Source: Amoebophrya sp. A120
Lineage: Eukaryota > Protista > Dinoflagellata
Reading direction: 5' to 3'
DNA: 64,000 bases
NCBI GenBank assembly: GCA_905178155.1
Contig: CAJINV010000008.1
Location: 1,674,001-1,738,000 of the forward strand
Part shown: positions 12,618 through 23,600 of the stretch, in pieces
Layout of the letters: every line of letters begins with the position of its first letter
How positions within the stretch are numbered: position 1 is the stretch's first letter
The notes under the pieces: model-generated
The model's input: only the letters and a program-made list of their open reading frames with translations
What the model was told of the DNA's origin: nothing
Database searches by the model: none
Position numbers and translations under genes: made by a program

Positions 12618-13254
12618 ATTATTGTTCGTTGGTTAGATTCACCACGACACCACACATAGGGAGCAACCCCACAAACAGACGTTGGAGATGAAAGAAGGAA
12701 AACACTACGAGTAATTCTAATCAATAGACTGCCTTGGTCATCTTTTCGTCCAACTCCAATACCGATGCGATAGCGGTCGACATAGATCTGAGGAGATACA
12801 TTGAACTGTCGCGCAACCACAAACCACCTAGAAAGCGAGCTGCGACATACGACGGGAATTCGACAGGGCCATTGCATCACGATTTTTCAACTTCAAAAAG
12901 GCGATGCATGATACCACGAGCACGACGACGGCGATCATGATTTATTACGACGAGCGAAAGCGATTGCGAAATAGATCATTAAGAACTGGTCGATTTATGA
13001 TGTTCGATGTTGCAAGTACGATAGGAGGACAAATCACGAAATACTTCTAAAATTCCTTCGGTGCGTCGAGCCACGAAGTTCTTGAATGGAATCACGACCG
13101 GAATTCCCGGGAAACAAGGACACTCCCAAATCGGAAAAAAGTTTGCAGAGTTGTCGCACAACTGCTTGTTTATCCGAGTTTGAGTTTCCTTTTTTTGTTT
13201 AGGCGTCGCGCTGTCGAGAAGAAAAAGAATAAAAGTACATCCACGCACAGTTGT

Positions 13255-14691
13255 TCAGGTGTGCAGCATGCGGAGTTGGTGCACTGACACGCCGATCTCC
13301 GTCAATACTTTCCCGACTGTTTTTTTGTCGTCGTACAGGAAAGCCTGTTCCAGCAAAACTTCTTGCTGGTACCACTTTTGCAGCTTTCCCGCAACGATTT
13401 TATCCAAAATCTGGTCGCTCGGAGCCATTGCTGCGTCCGCATTGGCGCTCGCCTGGGCTCGGTAAATTTGCCGCTCTGAGCTGAGGATATCCTCCGGTAC
13501 ATCCGTTTTGGCGACATATTTCGGTCGCATCGCTGCGATGTGTCTGCAAAGTTTGTTGCCTATGTCGGTCAGGTTGCAGCTCTTGTCTTGTTCGTTCTGT
13601 ACTTTCCTAGCTTCAGCCTCATCGCCTTCTTTCTCGACAAGCGAAACCAAGGCTCCTACTTTTCCGCAGTTTGGCAAGTCAGATTCCACGTTACCTGGAT
13701 GCACGTACCCGAAAACGTGCCTTCCTCGCAAAGAAACGGCCTGCAGCAGTGAGCAAGACTCGCCTACCCGGCCGGAGAGCTGGTGCAAAATCCCTTGGCA
13801 CTTCATTTTCCAAATTTTCCGCGTCGCCCGCTCTCGTTTTTCCGCCGGACTGCAATTCGCTTTTTCTTCTTCGCCCTTCGCCTCTTCACGCAGGAGATTC
13901 TCGAAATGTTCTTCGGTGGTGCGTGCGGGGGTACTACGGGAACTAGTTGTAAGAACATCAGGGTCATCTTCATCTTCCTTCGAGTGCGCTTGATGTGCAC
14001 CTCCTATGCTAGGGGATGATGGCACTGATCCGCTGCTCCCATCTTCTATCGCTGCTCCTGCACCATTCGCAGCCCCTTCGTCCTGCTGGAGGTTGCACAA
14101 CGTTTCCGCACAGGTCACGCAAACCTTCTGAAAATCCTGATTGCGGACCACAAAGTCCGTCTCGGCGCCAATCTTCACGAGCGAAAGCGTCTTGCTGTTC
14201 GACCCAGCACCCGAGTCGTCATCTGGTGGAAGCGAAACAAGCTCGGCCATGGCCACCAGGCTTTCCGGCAGCGACTTTCCATCCTCGCCCGAAACAGCGT
14301 CTCTTTTCTCCCAGCGGGACTTGGCGGCGACGACGTTTCGCCTCTTCAGCCACTCCAGCGCCCCGTCGAGATCGTCCTGGCTCTCGACCAAGGCCCGACG
14401 GCAGTCCCCCATCGAAGAACCTGTGATTTCCCGCAGTTTCTTGACTGAAGACGCAGTAATTTTGATTGCGCCGGCCGCCGTGGGGGCGGTTGGTGCAGAA
14501 GCGGAAGCGCCGGCGCTCGTCGCCGCAGAGGAGGAGGAAAGCAGGCGGCATCTGCTGTTGGCTCCACCTACACCACGTGTGCTTTTTCGAGATGGATGAA
14601 TCTGTGGTCGGCCGGCCAGAGCCACCACCCGGGTACATGGCAATCGAAACGAAGAAGGAAAACAACACGCACGTGGAGCGACCAAGGCCAT
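13255..14691 (-). CDS. tsf: Elongation factor Ts, organellar (probably mitochondrial)
   Basis: ITASSVKKLREITGSSMGDCRRAL...ALEWL, ETDFV, HIAAMRP, ILDKIVAGKLQKWYQQEVLLEQAF...KTV. Arg/Ser-rich N-terminal extension lacking acidic residues, resembling a transit peptide. Confidence 0.93.
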   Translation of the reverse strand: MALVAPRACCFPSSFRLPCTRVVALAGRPQIHPSRKSTRGVGGANSRCRLLSSSSAATSAGASASAPTAPTAAGAIKITASSVKKLREITGSSMGDCRRALVESQDDLDGALEWLKRRNVVAAKSRWEKRDAVSGEDGKSLPESLVAMAELVSLPPDDDSGAGSNSKTLSLVKIGAETDFVVRNQDFQKVCVTCAETLCNLQQDEGAANGAGAAIEDGSSGSVPSSPSIGGAHQAHSKEDEDDPDVLTTSSRSTPARTTEEHFENLLREEAKGEEEKANCSPAEKRERATRKIWKMKCQGILHQLSGRVGESCSLLQAVSLRGRHVFGYVHPGNVESDLPNCGKVGALVSLVEKEGDEAEARKVQNEQDKSCNLTDIGNKLCRHIAAMRPKYVAKTDVPEDILSSERQIYRAQASANADAAMAPSDQILDKIVAGKLQKWYQQEVLLEQAFLYDDKKTVGKVLTEIGVSVHQLRMLHT

Positions 14692-15354
14692 CTTGTTGCA
14701 AGAACTACGTCTTTGCTTATTTTGTCGCGAGCCACGTTCGATAGTTTGCCTGCGTCCCTGAGCTGAACATCAAAGTCATTCGTTTTGTACTTTGCTCAGA
14801 TGTGACGAGACAGTTTTGCGTGGGAGATGGCGTCATAAGAACAGATAGCGCCAGCAAACTTCGACTTTTCGGGTTTGTTCAGAAAAAAACAACAAATGGC
14901 CTGCATTTGGTGTACGGATATGCTCGATCAAAAGCAATGTAACGAACAGCGCCAGCTCCTTAGCTGTAGAACGTGAAACTACGTAGTTGCTTGGACTAGC
15001 ATGCCTCTTCCGTTGTTCTTATTTTCCATATCTTTATGATGTGTGCTTATAGTGTGGAAGCGGTCGCTTGAAACATCCTAACCTATTCGCTATGATATGT
15101 AGTTGTAGTTCGAGTTATGTGCATTCGGATACATTTACATGCAAAAGAAAAACGAAGTTATGATGCTATCGTGTGCGAAGCAGAGCTGTGCTGTCGCTAC
15201 AGGCACAGGGACGGGAAATCGTGAGGATGTTCTTTGCGCAATCTTCCACCCTGGATGTTTCTGTCTATCGACTTCTTGACAAGGTGGAAGCAAGCAGAAG
15301 TTGCTAGCCTAAATGAAGGTGCGCGATCAAGATCATCATGCTGATGCGTAATTA

Positions 15355-18300
15355 CTAGACACACTGCAATAAATCCACGCTCATCGGCCCACCGTGTTCG
15401 TCCACGCCCCTTCTTCGCCACTTTACGCGCACTGGCTGCCGCGCCACGAAAAACCCTCCGTGGTCTGTGTCGCGGTCGCTGCTTGTGTCGTGGTGATACC
15501 CGAACCAGACATCTCGGCTGCTCAGCAATGGCTTCATTGGATCCAGAGCGGTGATGCCTGTCATCCTATTTAACTGGTCGTCCGCATCTCCTTCCGGTGC
15601 AGCGCCTTCTTTCTTGTTCCCGGATGAACTTAATACTCTTCTTGAGAACGACGCTGGCGAGAAATCAAACTCGATGCGTATGAGTTTGTAGACGACAGAC
15701 GTGGTTGTGAGCAGTAGGGTCTTTAAACTCGTCAACAAGCTCACCAGAATCTGCAGGTCGTTTGGTGGGATTCGGGGACGCGAGAAGGATTTTACGTCCA
15801 GCTCGATCTTCTCCTGCTGGAACCCGTTGTAGTACTTCTTGAACACCCGACGAAGCACGGCAACTGAGATTTTTATTTTCTCCGAGGGAGCGACAGCCGG
15901 AGTAACTCCAGCTGATGTCGTGGTAAGCGGCATCACCCGCAGTGAAGAGACCCTCGACAAATCTCGGCCCGCTATGTCGTTTTCCGTGCTTGTTATTTGC
16001 GCAGCTGTTTCTATCGACGTTACGTTTTCTTCCTTCTTCGCACGCTGGCTTCTGTTGTTAAAAAAGTCAGTGACTGCAGGAAAAAACGAGAAACAAGAAG
16101 CCAAATAACTTCTTGCGGCAGGAAGTGTTTCATCCGAAATATTAGCTCTGTGCTCCAGCTCAGCGGTGGTGAACCCGTCTTGTTGTGTGACCCCATCTAC
16201 TACTAGCGGTAGCGCGAGCGCCGGAGCGGGTGGTGCTACTGGTAGTGTTTCGGGGAATACATCTGAAATTTCAATTTTGTCTCCTAGGATACCGGCAGCC
16301 TTGAGTACGTAGTCGAGCGATTGGGAGCGAATTTGCTCGAACTCAGGCAAGCCTCGGAATAGCCGCAGCAAGACCCGTCGAGCATTGGCTTCATCTTCGG
16401 TAGCAGACTCGTCAGCACGACCAGGCGGGCGCTCACCTGCATGTTCTTGAGAAATGCTTTCCGCTGCGGCTTGCGCTTCCTGACCTACTACTTCTCCAGT
16501 AGTTGGTTGATCTTCCGATGCTGCATTTTCTCTCGTCAGCTGTGACAGCTTCTCGTGCTGCACTCGTTTTCGTTCTGTAGCTATTAAGTAGGTCAAAAAA
16601 TTTCCGACAGTGCCGATTTTCGTCACACGATCCTGGTGCGCCGCTCTTGCAGATTCAAATGCAGCCAGGTCCTTGTGGTATCGCGTCCATACTTCGGCAT
16701 GGCGGTGGAGGGTCGCAGCCAGATGGGGGTCTGCTGCAGCTAATGATGGCACCGTAGCTGTAGCTTCATCTTCGGAGGAGCTTCGATTTCCGGTGCTTGC
16801 TGGCAGAACCACCAAGCGATCTACGTGCACGCGCACATGCCTGGCGAACAAAACACGAGCTTCGTCGCCCGAGAGACACTTGCGTTCCATCGTTGCGTGC
16901 TCTTCAATATTCAGGTGTGCGCAAGTAGTGCAGCGGGACCTCACTTTATTACTTTGATGACCCTCCTCTCCATTTCGACGTAACTTTTCCTTTTGTTTTC
17001 TTCTTTGTGTTGAAGAGGACCGCGACCGTCTCCTTTTCCCGGAGCGCCCGAAGCGACCACGATGCTGTTGCTGACCCGGCTCGCGCACTGGAAGCTCGAG
17101 GTACGCTATCTCGTCAGCAGTTCCAGCCTCCCCTACGTCAGACTGCTCTACTTCGTCCTTGTCTCCTACTTGCTGGTCCTCCGCAGCGCTTATTTCGACG
17201 TCGCTTTCCTCGGTACAAGACGTCACATCAGACGAGAGCGAGTCTTGTTCAACTCCGTCAGAAGTTGGTGCTGATGAAGCAGTAGAAGTGGTGTTGGATT
17301 TCATTTCCGCTACCACGACGTACTTTTCGATCGCGTCTACGACCCACTGCTCGATTTTGTCCTTTCGGAGTTGCTCCCCCGTGAAATCGGGAACGCCAAT
17401 GATCTCGCCAGTGTCGTCTACACCGAGAAAGAGCGTTCCCTTGGCCAGCCGCGCATTTGCAAAAGTACTGAAATACTTCGGGACGTAGGCCTGAATGTTT
17501 TGCCGCAGCTCCGTGGTAATAAACGGCGAGAGGAAGGCTTCCAGCGGCGTCGTCGCGCTGAGCGAAGAGTTCTCGTGTGAAGATGGTGCAAGAACTACTT
17601 GTTCATCTCCATGTGGTCTTATTTGCGGAGCACTGTCAAAAGCGGCCGAGCCAACTTTTAATTGGTTCTGGTCCAGCAGTAAGTGGTACAGAAAGTCCTC
17701 CCTTCTGCAGTTTTTCTCGAAGCTCTGGTGCCGCAGGGGCGTCACCCCATCGCGAAAATGATCTTTGCCCTCCTCATTCATCCGTTCAGGCGGTGGAGAG
17801 GTAATATCAAATCCAGGCGAAGCAGGCGTTCCCGTTCCCGTTCGGGCGATACTGCTTGCGGGCGTGTCGAGATCTTCCTCTTCGTCTTCGGAAGCACCGC
17901 TGCTCGCAGCACTTGACAATGACAAAGTGGTCGAAGGAGTCGGACTCCGGCTCAAGGCTGTACTCGTGGAAATTACACTTGCTGGAGTGCTGGACGAAGA
18001 ATCTGGAGACGCCGCACTTCTGGCGGGTGCTGGAGCTCGCTTCGAGTGAAGTTCCCTACTAGCTGCGACAACTGGGTTCATCTGTAATTTGTCTCTTCCA
18101 ATCTTTACGAAGCGGGCACAAGAAGAGCTCGTCCTCTTTGGGGCTGACGCTGGTGGTGGAAAGTCCGGAGCGCTAGACGAGGTCGTCGTGATCTGACGCA
18201 ACACAAACTGTTTGTATTCGCGCTCCAGAGTTTCTGGACCAAGATCTTGTCCCAAAAAGAACACAGGTTGTTCTTGATGGGCCACTACGTCCGCGTCGTC

Positions 18301-18627
18301 AGAACTGAATGCTCCGGCCTGAGATTCCACCGCGCCGTGGTCCACTACATCTTCTACGACTGCCTCTCTTCCTGCCGCGTGGTCAAAGTTTTCCGGCGTC
18401 GCGGCAACGCTTCTTGCAGTGTGGGCCAAATTTTCCTTCGCCGCAGAAGACAGGAATTGGACGGCTGCGACAAGGGTCGCACGGTCAGGTGAACAAAAGC
18501 CGGATTCGGCGACAAGCCAAAAAATTGCCGGAAAAACACCGAGAAGAATCTTGCCGATCATGTCGGAGGAGAAGGGGCCCCGGCGACGGGTACCGTTTTT
18601 CCTGCTTCTGGTTCTGGTGCATTCCAT
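15355..18627 (-). CDS. Schlafen/AlbA_2-domain protein with N-terminal hydrophobic segment
   Basis: GPETLEREYKQF followed, after a Ser-rich insert, by YVPKYFSTFANARLAKGTLFLGVDDTGEIIGV (AlbA_2 signature). Hydrophobic MIGKILLGVFPAIFWLVA near the N-terminus. Single uninterrupted 1090-aa ORF. Confidence 0.82.
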   Translation of the reverse strand: MECTRTRSRKNGTRRRGPFSSDMIGKILLGVFPAIFWLVAESGFCSPDRATLVAAVQFLSSAAKENLAHTARSVAATPENFDHAAGREAVVEDVVDHGAVESQAGAFSSDDADVVAHQEQPVFFLGQDLGPETLEREYKQFVLRQITTTSSSAPDFPPPASAPKRTSSSCARFVKIGRDKLQMNPVVAASRELHSKRAPAPARSAASPDSSSSTPASVISTSTALSRSPTPSTTLSLSSAASSGASEDEEEDLDTPASSIARTGTGTPASPGFDITSPPPERMNEEGKDHFRDGVTPLRHQSFEKNCRREDFLYHLLLDQNQLKVGSAAFDSAPQIRPHGDEQVVLAPSSHENSSLSATTPLEAFLSPFITTELRQNIQAYVPKYFSTFANARLAKGTLFLGVDDTGEIIGVPDFTGEQLRKDKIEQWVVDAIEKYVVVAEMKSNTTSTASSAPTSDGVEQDSLSSDVTSCTEESDVEISAAEDQQVGDKDEVEQSDVGEAGTADEIAYLELPVREPGQQQHRGRFGRSGKRRRSRSSSTQRRKQKEKLRRNGEEGHQSNKVRSRCTTCAHLNIEEHATMERKCLSGDEARVLFARHVRVHVDRLVVLPASTGNRSSSEDEATATVPSLAAADPHLAATLHRHAEVWTRYHKDLAAFESARAAHQDRVTKIGTVGNFLTYLIATERKRVQHEKLSQLTRENAASEDQPTTGEVVGQEAQAAAESISQEHAGERPPGRADESATEDEANARRVLLRLFRGLPEFEQIRSQSLDYVLKAAGILGDKIEISDVFPETLPVAPPAPALALPLVVDGVTQQDGFTTAELEHRANISDETLPAARSYLASCFSFFPAVTDFFNNRSQRAKKEENVTSIETAAQITSTENDIAGRDLSRVSSLRVMPLTTTSAGVTPAVAPSEKIKISVAVLRRVFKKYYNGFQQEKIELDVKSFSRPRIPPNDLQILVSLLTSLKTLLLTTTSVVYKLIRIEFDFSPASFSRRVLSSSGNKKEGAAPEGDADDQLNRMTGITALDPMKPLLSSRDVWFGYHHDTSSDRDTDHGGFFVARQPVRVKWRRRGVDEHGGPMSVDLLQCV

Positions 18628-19848
18628 GGCGACGGTCGGAGCAAATGGCTATTGTTGCGAACAATGGGGGTGAAGTTCTAAGAGCTGCATGACTCAGTCT
18701 CGTTACTCATCCTCTTTCGTGAAGTTCTGCGCATTGTCGTACTAGTGCATAAGATAGAACTGATGGGGGGGTTGAAGACAAAAACTTGCTCTGAATGCAC
18801 TACAGCTTATCGTGTTTATACAACGACAGCACTTCCTGAGGAGCAAAAAACCCTGGCCTGTCAATACCAGCATTGACGTCGAGGTGGCTTTGTTCCGTCA
18901 CCTTTTCCTCTGTTAAGGGCTTCTACTTTCTGGTCTACTGACTGCAGGGCACGACGTGCAAAGCCACGACGCAGCCTTCAAGCTGCGTTGCAATGAACAT
19001 ACCGATACTAAATCGCGCAAGAGCAACTGCTACTGCCACTGCGGCTTAAATTTGCAATACATGCACCTCCACAGACAAACTTTGCGAGCGTTAAGTTGAA
19101 ACAGAGCAGAGTCATCAATTCGGAGAGCGTGGGATTAATTGTGCTGACCACAACCGAAACAAAATTTCAACTACTTATTCTTTTCTTTGCATTTGACAGA
19201 CAAGAGCTGAGCTAAAAAAAATCCACTGAATGTACTTTCCGATTGTGCAACCAGACAGAAATATAATGTATGATGTATGCACGCAACAATTGTGAACTCA
19301 GCTTGTTCTCGTTCGAGGATCGTTGAATCAAAATCGTTAATGAATCGTGCACGACGTACACCGCGATCCTCTACTAAAGTACTAAAGACGCACGCAAAAG
19401 AAACAAAGCTGAAGAAGGCGCTTCACCAAGCGCACTCGTAGCTGCAGCAAAGGCAAACAGAAACACCGATGACAATAATTCTCTTGCTTCTGTGTCTGCT
19501 TTGTTGAACAGAACGTGTCAACTACTCCAGCTTGTACTTCAGCAATCGGCCCCACAACAAGGCTGGATGCGGTCACGATCTCACCACATCTGCGGAAGTG
19601 CCCGAAGCCGGAATAGTGCAGATTGATACAGTGCTGCTGCTGCACAGGTATCAATTCCATTAGAATAAAGGCTGCTAGTGCGGAATCTCGCTGTTCTTCG
19701 TCTTTGTTTATTTGCTTTTGTCGAATCGCAATGATAGGCAACGATCGCTATTTGGCTTGGGGTTTTAGTCGCTAGTACAATCGTCCACCGGTTGGTTTTC
19801 GTAGGAAAGGACATTTTCCTCCATCCCCATCGGAGAGATCAATATATT

Positions 19849-19873
19849 CTGTAGGCCAAAATGGCTCTACGGG
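19849..19873 (-). other. Degenerate dinoflagellate spliced-leader copy
   Basis: Minus strand CCCGTAGAGCCATTTTGGCCTACAG versus DinoSL DCCGTAGCCATTTTGGCTCAAG (2-nt insertion, altered 3' end). Confidence 0.6.
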
Positions 19874-20440
19874 TGGTTACTTTTTTTATTTTTTTCCTGT
19901 CCTACCTCAGCAACTACAATCTTCGTTGGCAGGATGGAATGTCGCTAAAACGTACGCCAGAAATGGACAGGCGCACATGAAATAGAATCGAGATAGAGTT
20001 CAAAAATATCCTAAGTGACACGGTCTAGGCCGGTGATTTCACAGGTCAGGAAGTTCAATTTCTCACGTACATCATCCCGATGAGAAAGTGCACTTCCTTT
20101 GTGCTTAATAGAGGTCCTTCTTACAGACGTTTTTTTTTATAGGACGAAGCCTAAAGAAGCTAAACCCTAGTAGAACCCTCACTGCGTCGGCCGCGGAACT
20201 GGGTCGACGCGTGGGGAGAAGATGATCGCGGATCGTGGGGGTGGAGCTTCCGGGTAAGCCTGACAAAAAAAACTCTACTGGTTTTTTCTAATCATTACGG
20301 TCTGTTACTTATCGGTTGTTAATGTTAGAGATTCTTTGCCGAAAGTTTATAGTGTAAAGATTGTCGAGCAAGGATGGTATAACACGCAAGTCAGTTTGTT
20401 ATTTATTACATCTGCTTCTGCATTTTTTTCTGTAGTAAAA

Positions 20441-20477
20441 GTACAGCCAAAATCAGTTGAGCCAAAATGGCTACGGA
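20441..20477 (-). other. Dinoflagellate spliced-leader sequence (21/22 nt) plus tandem degenerate 15-nt copy; SL relic or SL RNA gene
   Basis: Minus strand TCCGTAGCCATTTTGGCTCAAC followed by TGATTTTGGCTGTAC and then TTTT. Confidence 0.85.
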
Positions 20478-20687
20478 TACGATATAAATGATGAAGATAG
20501 CCATAATGTTCATACTCATTCTGTTTGGAATCGGAATATACCACAAGATCAGTGCTGAATTTTTTGATCGATTGCATCAAAAAACCCACCTCATCTGATC
20601 AACATCCTGAAGTGCCAGATGTTGTCTTGTTTTTCTCTTTGTACAACCAAACCTTAACCATAATCGCACAGCATCATCACGAGTCGC

Positions 20688-23600
20688 CTAGCTCTTCGCC
20701 TCGAAGATGTATTCGGCCAAGTAGTAAAACAAAGCTACGGCGTGTTTCACCAAAAGACCGTCTGGAAATCCGACCACATCCGCGCCTGCCACCTGATACA
20801 GCTGTATCGGCAGGTCCAGTTCGGGACGAAAGGGATCGATCGCTGCGGGTCTATTGTTCGCGCGGTTTCTACCGGGGCCTTGGCTTAATACGGTGTCGCC
20901 GCCTCTGCCTCTCTGGCGCGCATCCGCATCAGCTCCTCCACCTCCTGGAAGTTGTTGGTGACCACCAGCAGTTTCGTTCCCGGCGGAGCCATCGAGAGCT
21001 CCGGCAGACGACGGAGGAGCGTCCGCGCCACCTTCTCCTGGTGCCTTTTTCCGGGTACTACTGCTCGCGCCCTGCTGCGTCGGATCAACGGCAAGCAAGT
21101 CGTCTTCTCCGTCCTGGCTAGACTCCAGCTGCACACTCGCCGCACGGCTTTTCGCTTTAGCCTTGGCCTTCGTTTTCGCTTTTGCTTTCACCTTTGGCTT
21201 CGCTTTGGCCTTCACTTTGGCCTTCGCTTTGGCCTTGGCCTTGGCTTTCGGCCCTCCAGCCGCCGCACCGCCGGTCGTCGCGAAGAACGGGGTACCGGCG
21301 GACAATTGACTCTCGGGTGGCGCAGGTCTTTTACCGGTTGATGGACCTCCTGCTGGTGGAGCCGCATTGATAGAATCGTCGACCTCCATGTCGACTACCT
21401 CGCCGTGCAAAAATCGCTGCGCTGCCTGCTTCGCGGCGATCGCGCTCTTCATCTGATCCGCAGCTGTCATTTCTCCGGGGGCGCGCACGGATGAAAAATC
21501 GGCGGTGTTGTTCCTCTTCCAATCCATTTGTGTCGGGTCTTCGTGCTCCGTCCAACGCAGGAGCAGCCGGTGCAGAGTGCACGTCCATTGCACTAGAAGA
21601 AGCGGCTGAATGTCGATCGTGCGTGCGAGAATGTTCTTCAGCTCCGCAGGGACCTTCGCTTCGTAAAACGCCGGATTCTGTAGGAACACTCGGCGACCCG
21701 CAGCTCCGCTCGTGGAGGTGCTACTTCCGGTTGTGATCAGGAGACTACGACGAACCAGTAGCAGCTGCTGCAGGGTGGCACAGTCAGACACCTGCAGGCA
21801 AATGTCGGCCCGTGGGGTGAGCAGGTTCCGCAGGTGCGCCGGTAGTTGCAAAAACAGGTCCTGGGAAAGGCTTTTCTGAATGAACTGCATCAACGGTGTG
21901 GAAGCAAGTTTGGTGGATATTCTTCCAGTCGTAGTAGAACCGATAAAGCGCATCACCATGTCGATTTTCGACATCGCGTCCAGCAGCTCCGGAAGGCGCC
22001 ACATGCCGATCTCTTGCTGCAAACCGCGCTGACTGCAATTCTCGGATTCAAAGTCCTTTTCGTGATCGGTGACTTGGTCGTCTCTCGCTGTTTTCCCAGG
22101 GCCGGACCCTGCTGCTTGAAGTTGTAGTTTATCCATGATTGCATTGGCCTGGCTGCTGGAGGCAAAGAGATCAGGTCGCAACATGAGCGCACCGTGCTGG
22201 GAAGAAGCAGTATTTTTGCTTCCGTCCAGCCAACTCCACCAGTTTACGGCAAACTCGGGACTCGCCAACAACTTCTCTCGGTGCAGCAACGTTATTTTTT
22301 CTGTCACACCTTGGCGGAGCTCGGCAAACTGTGGCAAGTGCGGTTTCCCAGAAAGATGATGCTCCGTCAGTGTCTCACTAATCGCGGTCAGATCAAAGGT
22401 CGTAGAAGCCGAAGCCGCCGATGCGCTGCCAGCGTCTAACGCAGGAACGCTTTCCCCAGCGGCAAAAAGTTCCGCAACCGGCAGCACGTGATCTTCGACC
22501 TCAACGTGCACAAACAAGCCTCTTACAGCACTGCTTCTTGCGATGTCATTCTCTTTGGAGGGTAGAGACTGCTCGAAGTCGGTAGTCGAAGTTAAAATTC
22601 GTGCTGCGTATTCGGAGAGGTGCTCCGCGCAGCGGTTTTTTTCTTGTTTTCGACCCTGCGCCGTTAGCGATTGTGCCTTCATCCCCCTAGCAGCGATTTT
22701 TTCTTGTTGAACATCCGAGGCTTGCAGGATCCGGTTCTGGGTTTTTATCAGAGCAGCGATTCCCCTCTCACACAACCCGTCGACCCCAAACACATCGGCT
22801 GCAGACTCGGCCTCCAGTTTCCGACACAGCTGGCATGCTTGCACCAGCACCGTCGCTAGACTTTTGAGAAGTCGTGCACTTTCCACTTCACGGCTCTTGC
22901 CCGACATCGCTTCTGACTGTAGGACACCGCTTTGCAGCTGTTTGCTTTTCCTCACTGCGGACAATGGGCAGGGTCTGCCGCCACTACTTGCTGGCGCTGG
23001 CGCTGCTGCTGGAAGCTGCACCGCTGGCCGCTTTTTGGAGGCTGTGGTCGTTTCGTTGGCTGACGACGTGCTGGTGTTCGATAGAAGACTACCAAAGTTC
23101 TCGTGGTTGTAATGCGCTTTCACCAACTGTCCCAGACTCAGACCCTGCAGCATGTCCATGCGGAACTGCGTACGGATTTCGACTAACAGTTGCAGTAAAT
23201 CAGGAAGTAACCGCACGTGCGCCAGTGTTGCGTACCCAGGATCGCTTCTATTGTTGACCACCAGGTTCAGGAATTTCGTCTGAAGAAGCAGAGCCTCTTG
23301 CGCTGGATCGACTTTGCTCTTGGCACGCCGAGAGGCTCCACTTTTTGCGGCGACGGACTGCCGCGCAAGGTAGCTGCGCAGACTGTATACAGAAACTGCA
23401 GGCTTTTTGGCCGTCCAAAGCGATTGCCGCAAACCGGGAAAATTTCCACCCTCTCCTGCTCCGAAAGGATGATGATCCTCGGAAGATTTACTGCACTGCA
23501 GGAGCACCTCGGTGGCACTGGGAGCAGGTGGAGCTCCGGCGCCGCCAGCAGGTTGGTCAGCAGAAGCAGGGCCGGCTTGTTTGCTATTTGCTCTGGAGCC

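Noticed and set aside
19382-20589. Short ORFs between the Schlafen and RNF213-like genes; 5S rRNA or U6 genes beside the SL copies
   Set aside because: The ORFs have no protein-like features, and I recognised no 5S or U6 signature by eye.
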